A stretch of DNA of 20,000 nt from Moniliella sp. 'wahieum' (lineage: Eukaryota): positions 239,353-259,352 of the forward strand of contig RSEE01000093.1 in the NCBI GenBank assembly GCA_003971905.1, read 5' to 3'. The position numbers and the translations under genes are program-made. Under the pieces are notes generated by a model. It searched no databases. It had not been told where the DNA came from and saw only the letters and a program-made list of their open reading frames with translations. Positions 1-11,063 of this stretch are shown piece after piece (position 1 is the stretch's first letter; the number at the start of each line of letters is the position of its first letter).

Positions 1-119
1 CTGGAGGCCAAGCCGTCACTGCTGCGACGGCGGCGGTGGCGGCGGGGGTTTGCGCCGGAGCCAGTGGCGGGGGCAGGGGGTGGCCCGGACGGGAAGGCAG
101 GGTCACTGTGGGTGTCCAT
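1..119 (-). CDS. Probable 5' end of a gene running off the left edge (MDTHSDPAFPSGPPPAPATGSGANPRRHRRRRSSDGLAS...), function unknown
   Basis: ATG at 119-117 on the minus strand opens a stop-free frame to the window edge. It is preceded by a pyrimidine-rich leader and a TATATA box about 80 bp upstream. No recognisable domain. Confidence 0.35.
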   Translation of the reverse strand, partial: MDTHSDPAFPSGPPPAPATGSGANPRRHRRRRSSDGLAS

Positions 120-200
120 GACGAGGGGCGGTGAAAGCGGTGGCGGGCGGGCGGAAGGGCGTGCGGGGGTGAGCACGTTGAGCGAGAAAGGGCGCGGGGG

Positions 201-206
201 TATATA
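201..206 (-). promoter_or_regulatory. Candidate TATA box for the minus-strand gene starting at 119
   Basis: Isolated TATATA in otherwise very GC-rich sequence, at a plausible distance from the ATG. Confidence 0.3.
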
Positions 207-963
207 TGAAAACCCCTCGTCCCGTCGTGCTCAACTCTGGGTTTCGACACACGGCCCTCGTGCCGCACCGCCCCGGGTGCGGACGCTCCCCCGTGGTGCT
301 GCTCGTTCTTTGGGCCGTACCAATGGCCCACTGCCCCGTGCTGGCCGCGGCCAGCGGCCTGTTTTCTCTTTGCGCTGCTCGGCGCCGCTCGCTCTCTCGC
401 AGGTACGTACCAGCGTTTAGCGCTTCTGGGCGCCTAGCCTCCAGCAGCTTAAGCCCGCCGCAGCGTGCATTGTGCATTAGTATTAGTTGCCGTCCAAGAC
501 TAACGCGCACCGCGTAACGTCTACTGCGCATCCCGACGAAGCTGGTTGCAGCGGGGACGGGGGCAGTGTCGCGTGCTGCGCCTCAGCGCCCCGGCTGAGC
601 ATGCGGGTGGCGTGCCGAGGCCGGGGGCGCACACAGGCAGCACACGCCCTGCACTGTGCCGCGATGCCTTGCCACCGCAGCACGCCGCAGGGGTGGGCGC
701 GGCGCTGAGGCTCCGTCGGCACGCGTCACATATCATACGTCATGCACATGCGTCATTCGTCACAGGTGACACATGTCACAGCGGAGGTCCACGTACCAAC
801 GGGCAGGGCGCTCCGCGGTAAAAAGCGGGTACAGCAGGCACAGCGTCCAGCGTCCAGCCGCACGCAGCCAACGCCGAGGTTGAAATTTGAAGCTGGAAGG
901 GGCACAGGGTGGCTGGTGGCGGGCGGCCACGAGTCAGCGCGAGCGCTCAGCCCTTCGGTCAAG

Positions 964-3900
964 CTGCAAGCTTCAAGCTTCAAGGGGCGCCAGGAGTGCC
1001 TGTATGCGTGGCTGACTAAAACATCCCAGCGCCAGTGCCTGGCCTGGCTGCAAGCATGCGTATTACGTGGGTAGCGTTACGTCGGGAACAAGCGTAGGAC
1101 GACACTGCCGCTGTGCCTTCCCCGCACTCGGCGTATGCTCTGGGGTGCGCCAGGGTGCTGGCCTCTTGTGGCATTTGAAATCGGACGCAGCTGCCAGAGC
1201 GTATGCGCCTGTTGCATGTTACGGGGGCTGACAGACTGGCGTGAGATGATTGATGCACATGGTAGGCCTCGCCTGTACAGGCAGCTAGCAAAGGTGGCTG
1301 GATGCAGGATGTTGGATGCTGTTCGGATGTGCGATCTGAGATCGGATGCATGATCCAGGGCCAGCGCTCCAGCGCGTTTGTATGTTGGTGCTGGTTTGGT
1401 GCCACCTGCTGTCATACACAGTTCGACCATTTTTGTCCATGTCAGGCCTCGGGTTGCTCATGACATGCATCAGCTGAGCGGCACCGTGGCAGCTGCTGTA
1501 ACCAGGCTGCGTCCGGCGTAAAGCTGTACCCCTGCCGCTTGCGTCCCCCCTGGCGAGGGCCCAAGCGTCAGTGAGAGGGTGGCAAACCAGCATCCTGGCT
1601 CCGTAGCGCTCACATGCTCAGGGCGACCTGTGACATGTGACCGGTGCCCTGTATATACATGTCGCACCAATGCATCAATCATCAGTTCCTTCTCGTATCT
1701 CTCTCGATGGGACCTGCGAGACGGAGAAAACGCAGAGGACAGAGAGCGAACACAGGCGAGAGCAGTTTCCGCGTCTCTCTCGGCCTCGGCAGCCTCGGCC
1801 TCGGCATCGAGTCTTCTCGGGCAAATCAAAACACATGCCTGCCGTCGCGATAAATGTGGCATCTCCATCCTAGCACAAACCCATTCGCGTCAAATGGCGC
1901 ATGTCACATGTTGTCACACTGCATGGCGTCACTCACCAGGCCTCAGATGCTAGTCGCCAATTGCCAGGTACTACTGAATCAAAAATGACAATCGTCGCCC
2001 ACGGTTACGTCACGCGTCACGCTAATGCCGCTGCGATACAAGCGTTACCGTTACGCGTTACGCGCAGGTAAGAACAGACGTTAAATTTTAAACGTGTCAA
2101 CGCGTAACGCGCAGAACGTCTGACCACATGCCCAGCCCCTTGTCCCTGCCAACTGCATCCTGCACATCGGCACGATCCAGCTCCAGGGGCACATCCATCT
2201 TCCAATGCCCATGCTCAGGGGCACCTGGGAGAGCCCACGAAATCCAGCTTAGTAGCACTGTGCGTCGGTGATGTGACCGTGCGGGATAGCAGGAAGAAAT
2301 GTGTGGGATATGGTACCGGCGCAACATACACCAGCGTACACCTTTGTCTTACATGTTACAAACGAGAGCAACATGAGAAGCAAGCCACCGCCTAGCTCGC
2401 TGGGGCCGGTCACGATAGGCCACTAGGTCACTACTCAGCCGGTCAGGTTATCTCTCCTCAGGACCTCGCAGGCCCTCAAAAACCAAGGACGGCCAGGCTG
2501 GTCAGAGGCTGCCTCACAGGCCTCAGGTAACCAACAAAAAAAACGAATGTGTGTGTGAATTATTGACAGGCCCGCGCGTCAAGGTGGCGCTAGACTCCCC
2601 CCTTTTTCCCTGTGGTGTGTCGGAGTACCAACACCTGCACCAGCACGCATCAGGGGCCTCACACGCGTCACGGGGCTTCACATATATATCAGCTACAGGA
2701 TAAACCCGCCGTGTCAATGCAAAAGCGGCTTTTACGAGCTTAATTAGCTGCCGGCGATCATCGATCAAAATTCAATGCGTGTTGTCTTCCGTTTACCTTT
2801 ACCGGTCCACAGACCACGGCGGCAATACGATGTGGGAGCGGAGAAGTGAAAGCGGCGAAGCGGAGACCGAAACCAAGGCTGGCACCGAAGTGAAAGGTGG
2901 CAACGGAAGCGGAATCAAACTTGCCGTGTCACGTGCCTGTCTCGCATTCTTTGTATGCTCTTCTAAGATCTAAGCGCTAGTAAGCCACGACGCCGTTCCG
3001 AGTCCCCCAGGAAGCAGATGATCGACGGAACTGAGGGTGTTTCTGCTGCTGATCGACATGGACTACGGAACGGTGGAGGATGGAACGGTAACGCGCTGGA
3101 GACTTGTGCGGGAACAGTCCTGGGCGCACCCATGACAGTTCCTCACGGACTTTCCCCGATAGGCAGGAAACGAGAGGAGGGGACAAGAGGGGGAGAGAAA
3201 AGGAGGGGGGAGAGGCCAACAGGAAGACTTCTGTTGTGCGTGGCCATGTAGTGCCCCAGCAGCGAGATCTCGCCTGCAATTTTCTGCTTCATATTTTCTT
3301 CTCTGGGCCTCAATGCGTTTGGTGCCGCGCCTGCAAAGAGAAGAGCAGGAGGTGCATACGGTGTATTATAGAAGAACAGAGATCAGGCACTGGTGGTGCA
3401 GTATTGCATTGCACATGAACTACGCGTGGAGTCTATGACGGTGGCTTCACCTTAGGACACAACAGGGGAATAGTGTCGGGGTAAATAGCGAGGAGTCAAT
3501 GGTCGACAATGACAAGGGTATGTGTATCCCCACGCGCCTGGACGAGGAAAATGTGGACGACAATGAGGTAAAGTCAAACGAGAAGAGCGAGAGACTAGTC
3601 TAGATGAAGTAGTGGCCAATCGCAATTTGAGGCGGAGCAATGACTCGGGACGGATGACTTGGAGTACAAAGCCATGAGGGCAGTTCCAGAGTGACATCCC
3701 TACCTCAGAAGCGTTCAAAACGGGTAAGGAGTGGTAGAATGAGAGTGCTGGAAGCTGGAGGATTAACGCCAAATACCACAGTTGGCGTGGGGGTTACATC
3801 AGAGGCCTGAATCATCAACAGTATCACGCGGCATGATGGTATTGGGCGAGGTGACACTGTTGGGGGCTCGGTGCGGAGGAATAATAAGGGTATACTACTA

Positions 3901-6900
3901 GCTGGAGTCGGTGGAGAAACGAAGAGATCGCACCCGGTTCGTCTCGGAAGATATATAGATACCTTTAGCGCCCACCCAAGAGGGACTCAGCTTCCAATAA
4001 GTCCGTGCAATCGACGAAAGATGATATGTGCATGTGGAATACTTCTGGGGAACGAGAGGGGCACCATGAAAGCTCCAGCGTAAGAGTATCAGGACAAGTG
4101 GCCTGTGTTATTAGTGTCAATGCCTTCACTGTGCACATAACCTCCCATTGCTACTATATTTGGGTTGGTGGTGAAGATGAAGATGGATAGATGACATTTC
4201 TGATGTCATGTTGAATGCAGATATGTGGTTGGTCGCCTCAAATAACGATCAACTAATGGTGGGTCCAGGTTTCAGCACCGACTCACGCCAACAAGGCCAC
4301 AGAGGCCTCTCGAGATTCCCAACAAACCCTTTCTTCTGGTGACGTTTATTGCATGCAGCGCCACAGCGCCAAATGAAGATCCAGGAAATGAGTCAAGAAC
4401 AGCGCAAGAACATCAACGAGGCATATGGCCGCCATGTGCCTGAGCACAGCAAACTGCGGCCAACTACACTTGACTTTACTCCATGCCGACAGCCAGGTGC
4501 CTTGAGAGCTCGCCGACAGCCATCAGGTCCCGATCGGCCTCCACATCATCCGTCCCTGGGCCGTTCCTCTCTCGCACACAGCACCCCGCCAAGAGTGTGA
4601 TCTGGTGTTACCGCTTCAGCACATCATGGCTTGTGCGTTCCCGCTCCCATCCAAGGCTGGCGCACTGCAGACTGTGCGGGAGCCGATCCGATATCATGTG
4701 CGCGCATCCCGGACACTCATGTTCTCACTGATCCCACCGAGGAGGAATTATGAGAGAGAGGAAAGACGTGGAAGGAAAGAAGGAAGGCCACAGGCATACG
4801 GCCGATCATGTCGATCATGGGAGAGGGAATGTTCGGAGGATCGGGGATGGAGTGAATCACACTCTGACTCAGGTACCAACGAGGACAAATGTGTCCCGAA
4901 AAAGGTGGTACACGAGGAGACAGCAAAAACGCCTGCGTGGAACATCAGTGGGGGCGCCGCATCTACTGTTTCATCAGCTGCATCATGCATCAGTAACAGC
5001 AATGCGCCAAGAGCGCCAAGAGTCAGATACGACTAAGAATGTGTCATTCTTTCCCCAGAGGTCATGTTTGATGGCACATGCCAGTGGGCGCTATAGCGGC
5101 AGCCTATAGGCTGCCACGGAGGTTGCCAGTAAATTGTTTGGGCATCCGAGGAAAATCTCATCATCGAAGAGTCTCATTCTGGGGTGCGGCCTTCCGTCTC
5201 CGTTCTCGACCCCCCCCTCTGTTTGCGCCCTCGCAGCGGGTTGTCATACTTTGGCTGATATCTCGGTCCCACCATTTCCAATTTTTTCGCGTCCCGCGAG
5301 CGTCTCGCTCTTTCCTTGTTTCTTGTTCCGCTTTTCCTCATGTCTTTTGCTCTTGTTTTGCCACGAACGATTTAATCTCGACTCTGGTCTCTCCTATGGT
5401 CTCCCTCGTCTTTGTTAGAGCCCAGAGACTGTAGGAGTGACACGGGTTATTATTATTGCCTTTTCTCCCACAAGTGATTGTGCATCCCCTACTGTAATTG
5501 CATCACTACCACATTCCTTCCCCTTGTCGTGCTCGCCTTCCACACCTCTACGCGGGAGGGGAGCTATCACCATCCGGTAACGGTTGTCCGCAATCGGTTG
5601 CGTGTGTTGGTTACGCACTCTGCGCGTACGACTCGTCCCAAAAAAGCACGAAACCGCAAATTAAACATGCCACTGCATAGCTTTACGGTGACGTGGTGAC
5701 GTGACGCGTGATGGCGTTCTGGCCTTGTCACACGACCGCAGTCCACATATGAGGAGGGCAGCCATTGTCAGGCACACCGCAGTTCACAGGCGGGGTTTGC
5801 ATTATATGCAAATCGTTTGGTATTCAAAATCGGTGTTTGGCGCCTCCGGCCTCCGTACCCGGCATGGTCAGCTTCCATGTCCCTCATCTCGTAGGATCTA
5901 AGCTCTATTAAGGCCCTAAGGCCTAAGGGCCTATAATAGTCCTTTTAGACACACTAGTCAGTCTGAGATCTGACTATTGAACGTTTTGAACGTACTATAC
6001 GTTGAACTGAATCGGGGCCATATCTGATTGCGGCAGAAACTCGTCCCTGGGCAACAGATTCCAAAAGCCTGAGGCTCAGCGCTGGGCGCCCGATCCTGCA
6101 GCAAGTGCATAACACTTGCGGATGCGTGACGCTGCGCGGTTACTCAATAGGTGCAGTTGCCCGGGACCGGCGGCCGGGGGGCCTGCGACCGATGGGCGAG
6201 ATGGAATTGGAAGGTGATGGACCGCGACCGGGCACGGCGACCGCTGGTATCGCCGGAGTACAGAGCGCCGGATGCTTTGGCCGAACGCCACTGGAGCAAC
6301 GCGTACAAGTTGCCGCGGGCCCAGCACTAGCCAGCAGTACGCGCAGTCCGCACCCTGTATTGAATTTGAGGTCTGAGGCCCTGAATACTGAGTCCGGGGT
6401 CTGAGACCAGGCACTGTTACTGAGTTTATACGTTCATTGTTCTGAATGCACTACTGAGTTAACTGAGTTATTAGTGACTAAAGAGCAATACATTAGCGCA
6501 CCGATTAATAATAAGCTGCTTTCTAGTTGCCATGGTAGTTACTGTGTATTAGGTTACTGCTGTCGCTGACTAGCAGCCAGGGGCGAGTCTAATGAGTAGG
6601 ACTTCCAAGTGGAAGCGATATGGCTACAATGTGAGCACCATGTGAGTGTGACATGTTGTAGGGGCGGGGTTTGTACCTAGTACTTCTAGAGTACTCAATC
6701 TTTAAGTGATGCATCTCTGTGATATATGCATGTGTGTTGCGTATCCGTATTCCTGTGTATCGATCGTGCATCCCAGGAGAAAAGCTGATCACAAAGACGA
6801 TTGTCACTATCCAGAACAACGCGTTGGGGCCAGAGCAGTACATCAATATGAAATGCCATTTAGGGGTGCATGGGAAAAACGGAGGCACTGTGAAGCGTCC

Positions 6901-8848
6901 GGTGTGATCAAAAGTGGAGAGAAGGCTGACGAAGGGACCCTCGGAGATGTATAGTATACTTTTGCGCTATACTCTTTCGCCGTTTGTAATATGCACATGC
7001 ATCGCAAGAACCAGACCCCAGTCCCGGGCCTCTGTTGGGAAGTATAGAGGGACGCACAATCGTTGAGTGTTGAGCGTGAGTGCCACGGCTTGAAAAATGC
7101 GAAATGATCCTATGTGTATACCCGTTACGTGTTACGTTGAACATTGAGGAGATAGGTGGGCTGTGCAAGTTTGAGCATTATCAGTGAAGAGACCTGCCAA
7201 AACTGTTAGGGGGGGCGTGTACAGAAAACGTGTTGCGCTGGTTCTGTCCTTGGGGGACAGAGATGCTTCGACGATCTGATCTATATCTGAAGGCTGCACA
7301 CAACACGGCCAACTAGTCCAACTGTCAGTCGTTTGGTGTGTGTGGCAACTTGAACATCCATACCGATCATCACAATTGTGCAGAAGGGTCTAGCCCTGGG
7401 CCATCCTCGAGCCCTTGTTTTGCCGAAAAAAAGCCGTGGACGCAGCAGCCAGCGTTAGCCGGTAACCAACGTTCACAGTATTCTGAGGTGGTGAGTCTGA
7501 GTACTCAACGGAGTAGTGACTACTAAGTGAATCGTGGTGGATAGTGACTAGTGACTAGTGAGATCTGAGAGTAGCTCAAAGCTTTTGCCTATATTATTGT
7601 ACTGTGTGGCGGGATGCTGTGCCAGAGCGCCTGAGCTCAGCGCCTCCGCGCCTTCGCAAGCCCTCGAAGGTTTCCTCTATGCCAAACGTGCTGCAGCTCT
7701 TACTGACAACGAGATGGAACGTATAGGAAAGGGGTTTGGTATAACTCAGCACTCACACGTCACATACCCAGTATACTCAGGGCGACCTCTTCTAATATGT
7801 ATGCAGCGGAGAAGATCTAAGATCATCGATCATATCAATCTGCATATCATATACTTCTTGGGGGGTTCCCCCCACACCGGCACGTTTTCGTTCTTCCGTA
7901 CACAACTGGCCCCAACGCAAGTTATTCAAGAGAGACATTGAGGGGCTGTGGTGCAGGATCTACCTTTAAAATTTGATGGCACCAACAAGTACTAAGGCCT
8001 GAAGATGTGCATGATGCACGTGACGGCGTCTCAATAAGCTGCTGAATCTTCGATGCACCTACTGCCATTGCCCATTTCTGTTTTGAGTACCTTGCGTATG
8101 ATCCAGATTCTAGGAACAGTTGTACAGCCAAAGCAGACCTACATTTGGCCCCGGATGTCCTTCGAAACGAAGCGTTCAGGAGGACACGGATCGGCCCTAC
8201 TATGATATATGGTACACTTGCGAGTATATAGTGTCCATCGTCTCGTATTGAGTATTGCAGATGCTGGAGAAGAGAAACCACGATCGATTGTGGTGCAAGA
8301 CGTTTGGGGTCTAGATTGATATCGACCTCAACGTTCCCATATCTCTCAGGCCTCATGGATCATCGATCATCAGGCCTCAACGTCTCAACGGCCTCAACGT
8401 CGGCCGACCTCGGCGTATTACTCAGTTACTCGGGTGGCAAGACGGCTACCACAGGCGGCACTCAATACTGCAACCACTACTTGAGTATACTGAGTACTGA
8501 GTACTGAGTATCCGTCGACATTTTGTTCGGTGTCCACCATACTCACCCCCCCCCTAACACAATCACCTGCCCGAGGCCTGAGGCCTGAGACTCAAGCTGC
8601 AGGAGAAGCGAGTCCGAGCGCTACCTACGACAAACTGTGTGGGACCGTCATACTTCAACGGCTTATTTGCCCAACTCTACTACCCTCCTATGCCAGCCTC
8701 TCACGCATTGAACAAAGTAGTCATAGTATATGCGTCCGGGCCCCGGACTTGGTCTGGATCCCTAGGGCCAACAGCTCGCTGTCGATGACTACAAGTACTT
8801 TTGGGTTTCAGTGTCCAGCGTATAGCATAGGGGCAATGAGCGCTGAGC
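964..8848. repeat. Dispersed tandem duplications of 7-bp odd palindromes (xyTNAy'x')
   Basis: Perfect tandems read directly: (CTTCAAG)2 971-984, (CGTCACG)2 2008-2021, (CGTTACG)2 2049-2062, (CCTAAGG)2 5915-5928, (AGTGACT)2 7543-7556, (GATCATC)2 8358-8371, (ACTGAGT)3 8489-8509. Many partial copies also occur. Confidence 0.85.
3452..4190 (-). mobile_element. Possible highly degenerate non-LTR (LINE/Tad1-like) retrotransposon relic, RNase H to CCHC region
   Basis: Minus-strand fragments in mixed frames occur in the expected order: FIFTTN, LELSWCPS (4078-4055, resembling the RNase H W(V/C)PGH motif), IGH (3620-3612), then C-H-C...RH...LLCP. All matches are short and imperfect. Confidence 0.2.
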
Positions 8849-9060
8849 GGCGCTGACCCAGCAGAGAACCCCGCGGACCACCAGGAGAGCAAGTAAAAAA
8901 GTACATATATCTCCGCTACGCTCTATATGGGATGCCTTTTTCCTTCCCACATATCCTCCCGTCCTACACACGAATCCTCCATCCCGCGTAGGGCAGCCGG
9001 TTTTTTCCCACCAATTTCTCATCGCCGAGATCAACCTGGACTTGTGCTACGGTAACCCCG

Positions 9061-10320
9061 ATGCCCCCATCCTCCAACTCCTACTCCCGAAAGCAGCAGA
9101 TGCCCCGCTGCAAGAACCCACGCCGTCAGAAGCTCGCTATCGAGCCCAGCAATGAGGGTGAGCATCGCACCTTCACATGCACCGTCTGTTCCCGCCAATT
9201 CCATCGCCTACTCCACCTCCAACGTCACGAGTACATCCACTCTGATAAAAAACCGTTCCAATGCCCTTGGTGCCCAAAGGTAAGTGTCTCTCCCTACTGC
9301 TCCCTCCTCCCCACAGTACAGGGCAATGAGTGCATAGTGTACTGATTATTTTTTTATCCTCAATGCAGTCTTTTACACGCCAAGACTCTCTTGTTCGCCA
9401 TGCTCGACTGCATGTCCAAGAAGGAGACAAGAAGATGGTATCTCTCTCACTCAACAGGCATAAGGGTATGTTTGTATCCAAATCAGTGGGCAATACTCTG
9501 TGACATGCTAACCCATCACGACCCGTCTTTCTTTTAACGATTATAGCGTGCATGTCCTGTACTGAAGAAGGGCAGTGCGAACGGTGCGCGGCGTACAATC
9601 GACGTTTGCTAAAGCGTAAAAACAAAGAAGACACTCTATCTCCATCTTCTCCTCCGCGCAAACGCACCTCTAGGAAGCCCACGAAGGAACCCAAACCTCC
9701 GGTACCCCCTCCGCTTCACGTGCCTCAATGGCAGGACCATGTTCGGCCCTCTCTTTCACCCATCTCGGCCGAGGAGAGAGCCCCACCAACCTGATTGAAG
9801 ACTGTTTCAGTCCAGATAGTGGGACGGGTAAGTGGCGCCTCGTTTGATCTTATGTGTTGAGGAGACGGATCTAACCCGACCCTGTTTTGCCCCCTAAGAT
9901 CCCTTGTCGCCTACCGCTACTCCCGAGCTGCTCCCACCAGACCAAACAAGAACCACTCGGGACCACAGTATTTCTTCGTCAGAGTGTGGCTCTCTCATGA
10001 GCGGTGGCGATGTGCTACCGTCCTACTTGGCTCCTCCTGTATTCTTTCCCAGCATGCTTACCCCCCGTGCATTTGTGGAACCTGGCGCCATGACCAACTA
10101 CACCCTCTCGCCCTCCTACGACTGCCGATCCCAGTCGATTTCCCCTTTTACGGCTCACTATGGTGGAACGGACCAGCCCCTTATTCCTACACCTCAAAGC
10201 GGATACTTTGATTCTTCCTTTTTCCCTACCATAACGTCTCCTGCTTCGATCCTTGCTAACACCCTTCCATCGATGGTGTCCAAGATCAACTGCTCGATAT
10301 GCTTCGCGCGTGCGAAGTGA
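9061..10320 (+). CDS. C2H2 zinc-finger transcription factor (two fingers) followed by a degenerate Zn2Cys6-like Cys motif and a Ser/Pro-rich tail; 4 exons, one frameshift
   Basis: Exon 1 9061-9279 encodes FTCTVCSRQFHRLLHLQRHEYIH-SDKKPFQCPWCPK. Intron 9280-9368 (GTAAGT..CTGAT..CAG) restores finger 2, CPWCPKSFTRQDSLVRHARLH. Intron 9466-9546 (GTATGT..GCTAAC..TAG) gives RHKACMSCTEEGQCERCAAYNRR. Intron 9828-9898 (GTAAGT..CTAAC..AAG) joins into the 9904-10320 ORF frame. One frameshift is needed between ~9674 and 9792. The 3' end is uncertain. Confidence 0.8.
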
Positions 10321-11063
10321 TGGAGCTTTCCCTTTCCTTACCTCGGGCTTCCTGAGGCGCATCAATTGATTCCCTTTTACTCTCCTCTGTTGTCCATCCC
10401 CCTCTATGGTCCATTTGTTGTCTTCCACCTAGTCTCCTATTCTGATTGACCTTCATGATCATGTACTGTTTCCTGGTTACCAGGTGTTGGCGGTAGGTAG
10501 GCGTGCACAATCATGTAGAGTCTCTTCCGCGACTGGGAGGTTTTCTTGCCCTAGAGGAAGGGCATCAGGTCTTTTTCATCCGTCGTGTCATTACATGATA
10601 ATATGGTGTTGGCGGAGGGAAATGAATGCTGGCGATTTGACCGGTTGACAAACATGCTCAAGATGGACGCTTGTCTGGGTTGATGCTCTCTTGCACATTC
10701 TTTTCCGGCAGCGATACAGAACCTCTCGACCAAGTTTTTTTAAAACTCCCAACATACACACACAGCGGCTCGAGGCGCACCCCGATCATCACCTCGATCA
10801 CATGAAACTGTATCGGGAACTGTTTGGAAGAGAGGAGAGAGTGCGGAAACATGGTAACGCGTTTACGGGGAGTTTATAGGTTTCGTGCCCGAGCCTGCGG
10901 TTATACTTCTGTTTTTTTATCCAAAGTGGAAAGATGCCCTCTCTCATACAGGTTCCCGGCATAGAGAAAAGCAGCGGAAGCGTCCGTAGTTGGACTCCTC
11001 TGGACAGGACGCCCATGCATCAATAATCGCCATGTATCCATAGTAACTCCAATGCAGGATACT

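Noticed and set aside
1470..2327. Protein-like minus-strand fragments (RRLDAEAEAAEAERDAE; HWKMDVPLELDRADVQDAVG)
   Set aside because: They are short, have no recognisable family and no consistent exon structure. They could be relics but cannot be supported without a search.
8050..8150. FEYLAYDPDSRNSCTAKA resembling protein-kinase subdomain XI
   Set aside because: No other kinase motifs (HRD, DFG, APE) are visible nearby, and the match is too short.
8315..8595. CRISPR-like or telomeric array
   Set aside because: There are no constant 23-47-bp repeats with unique spacers, only isolated single TTAGGG/CCCTAA units, and the context is eukaryotic.
9280..9345. CaaX-like ending (CIVY) of track ORF 9061-9345
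   Set aside because: This is read-through into intron 1; splicing restores the second zinc finger.
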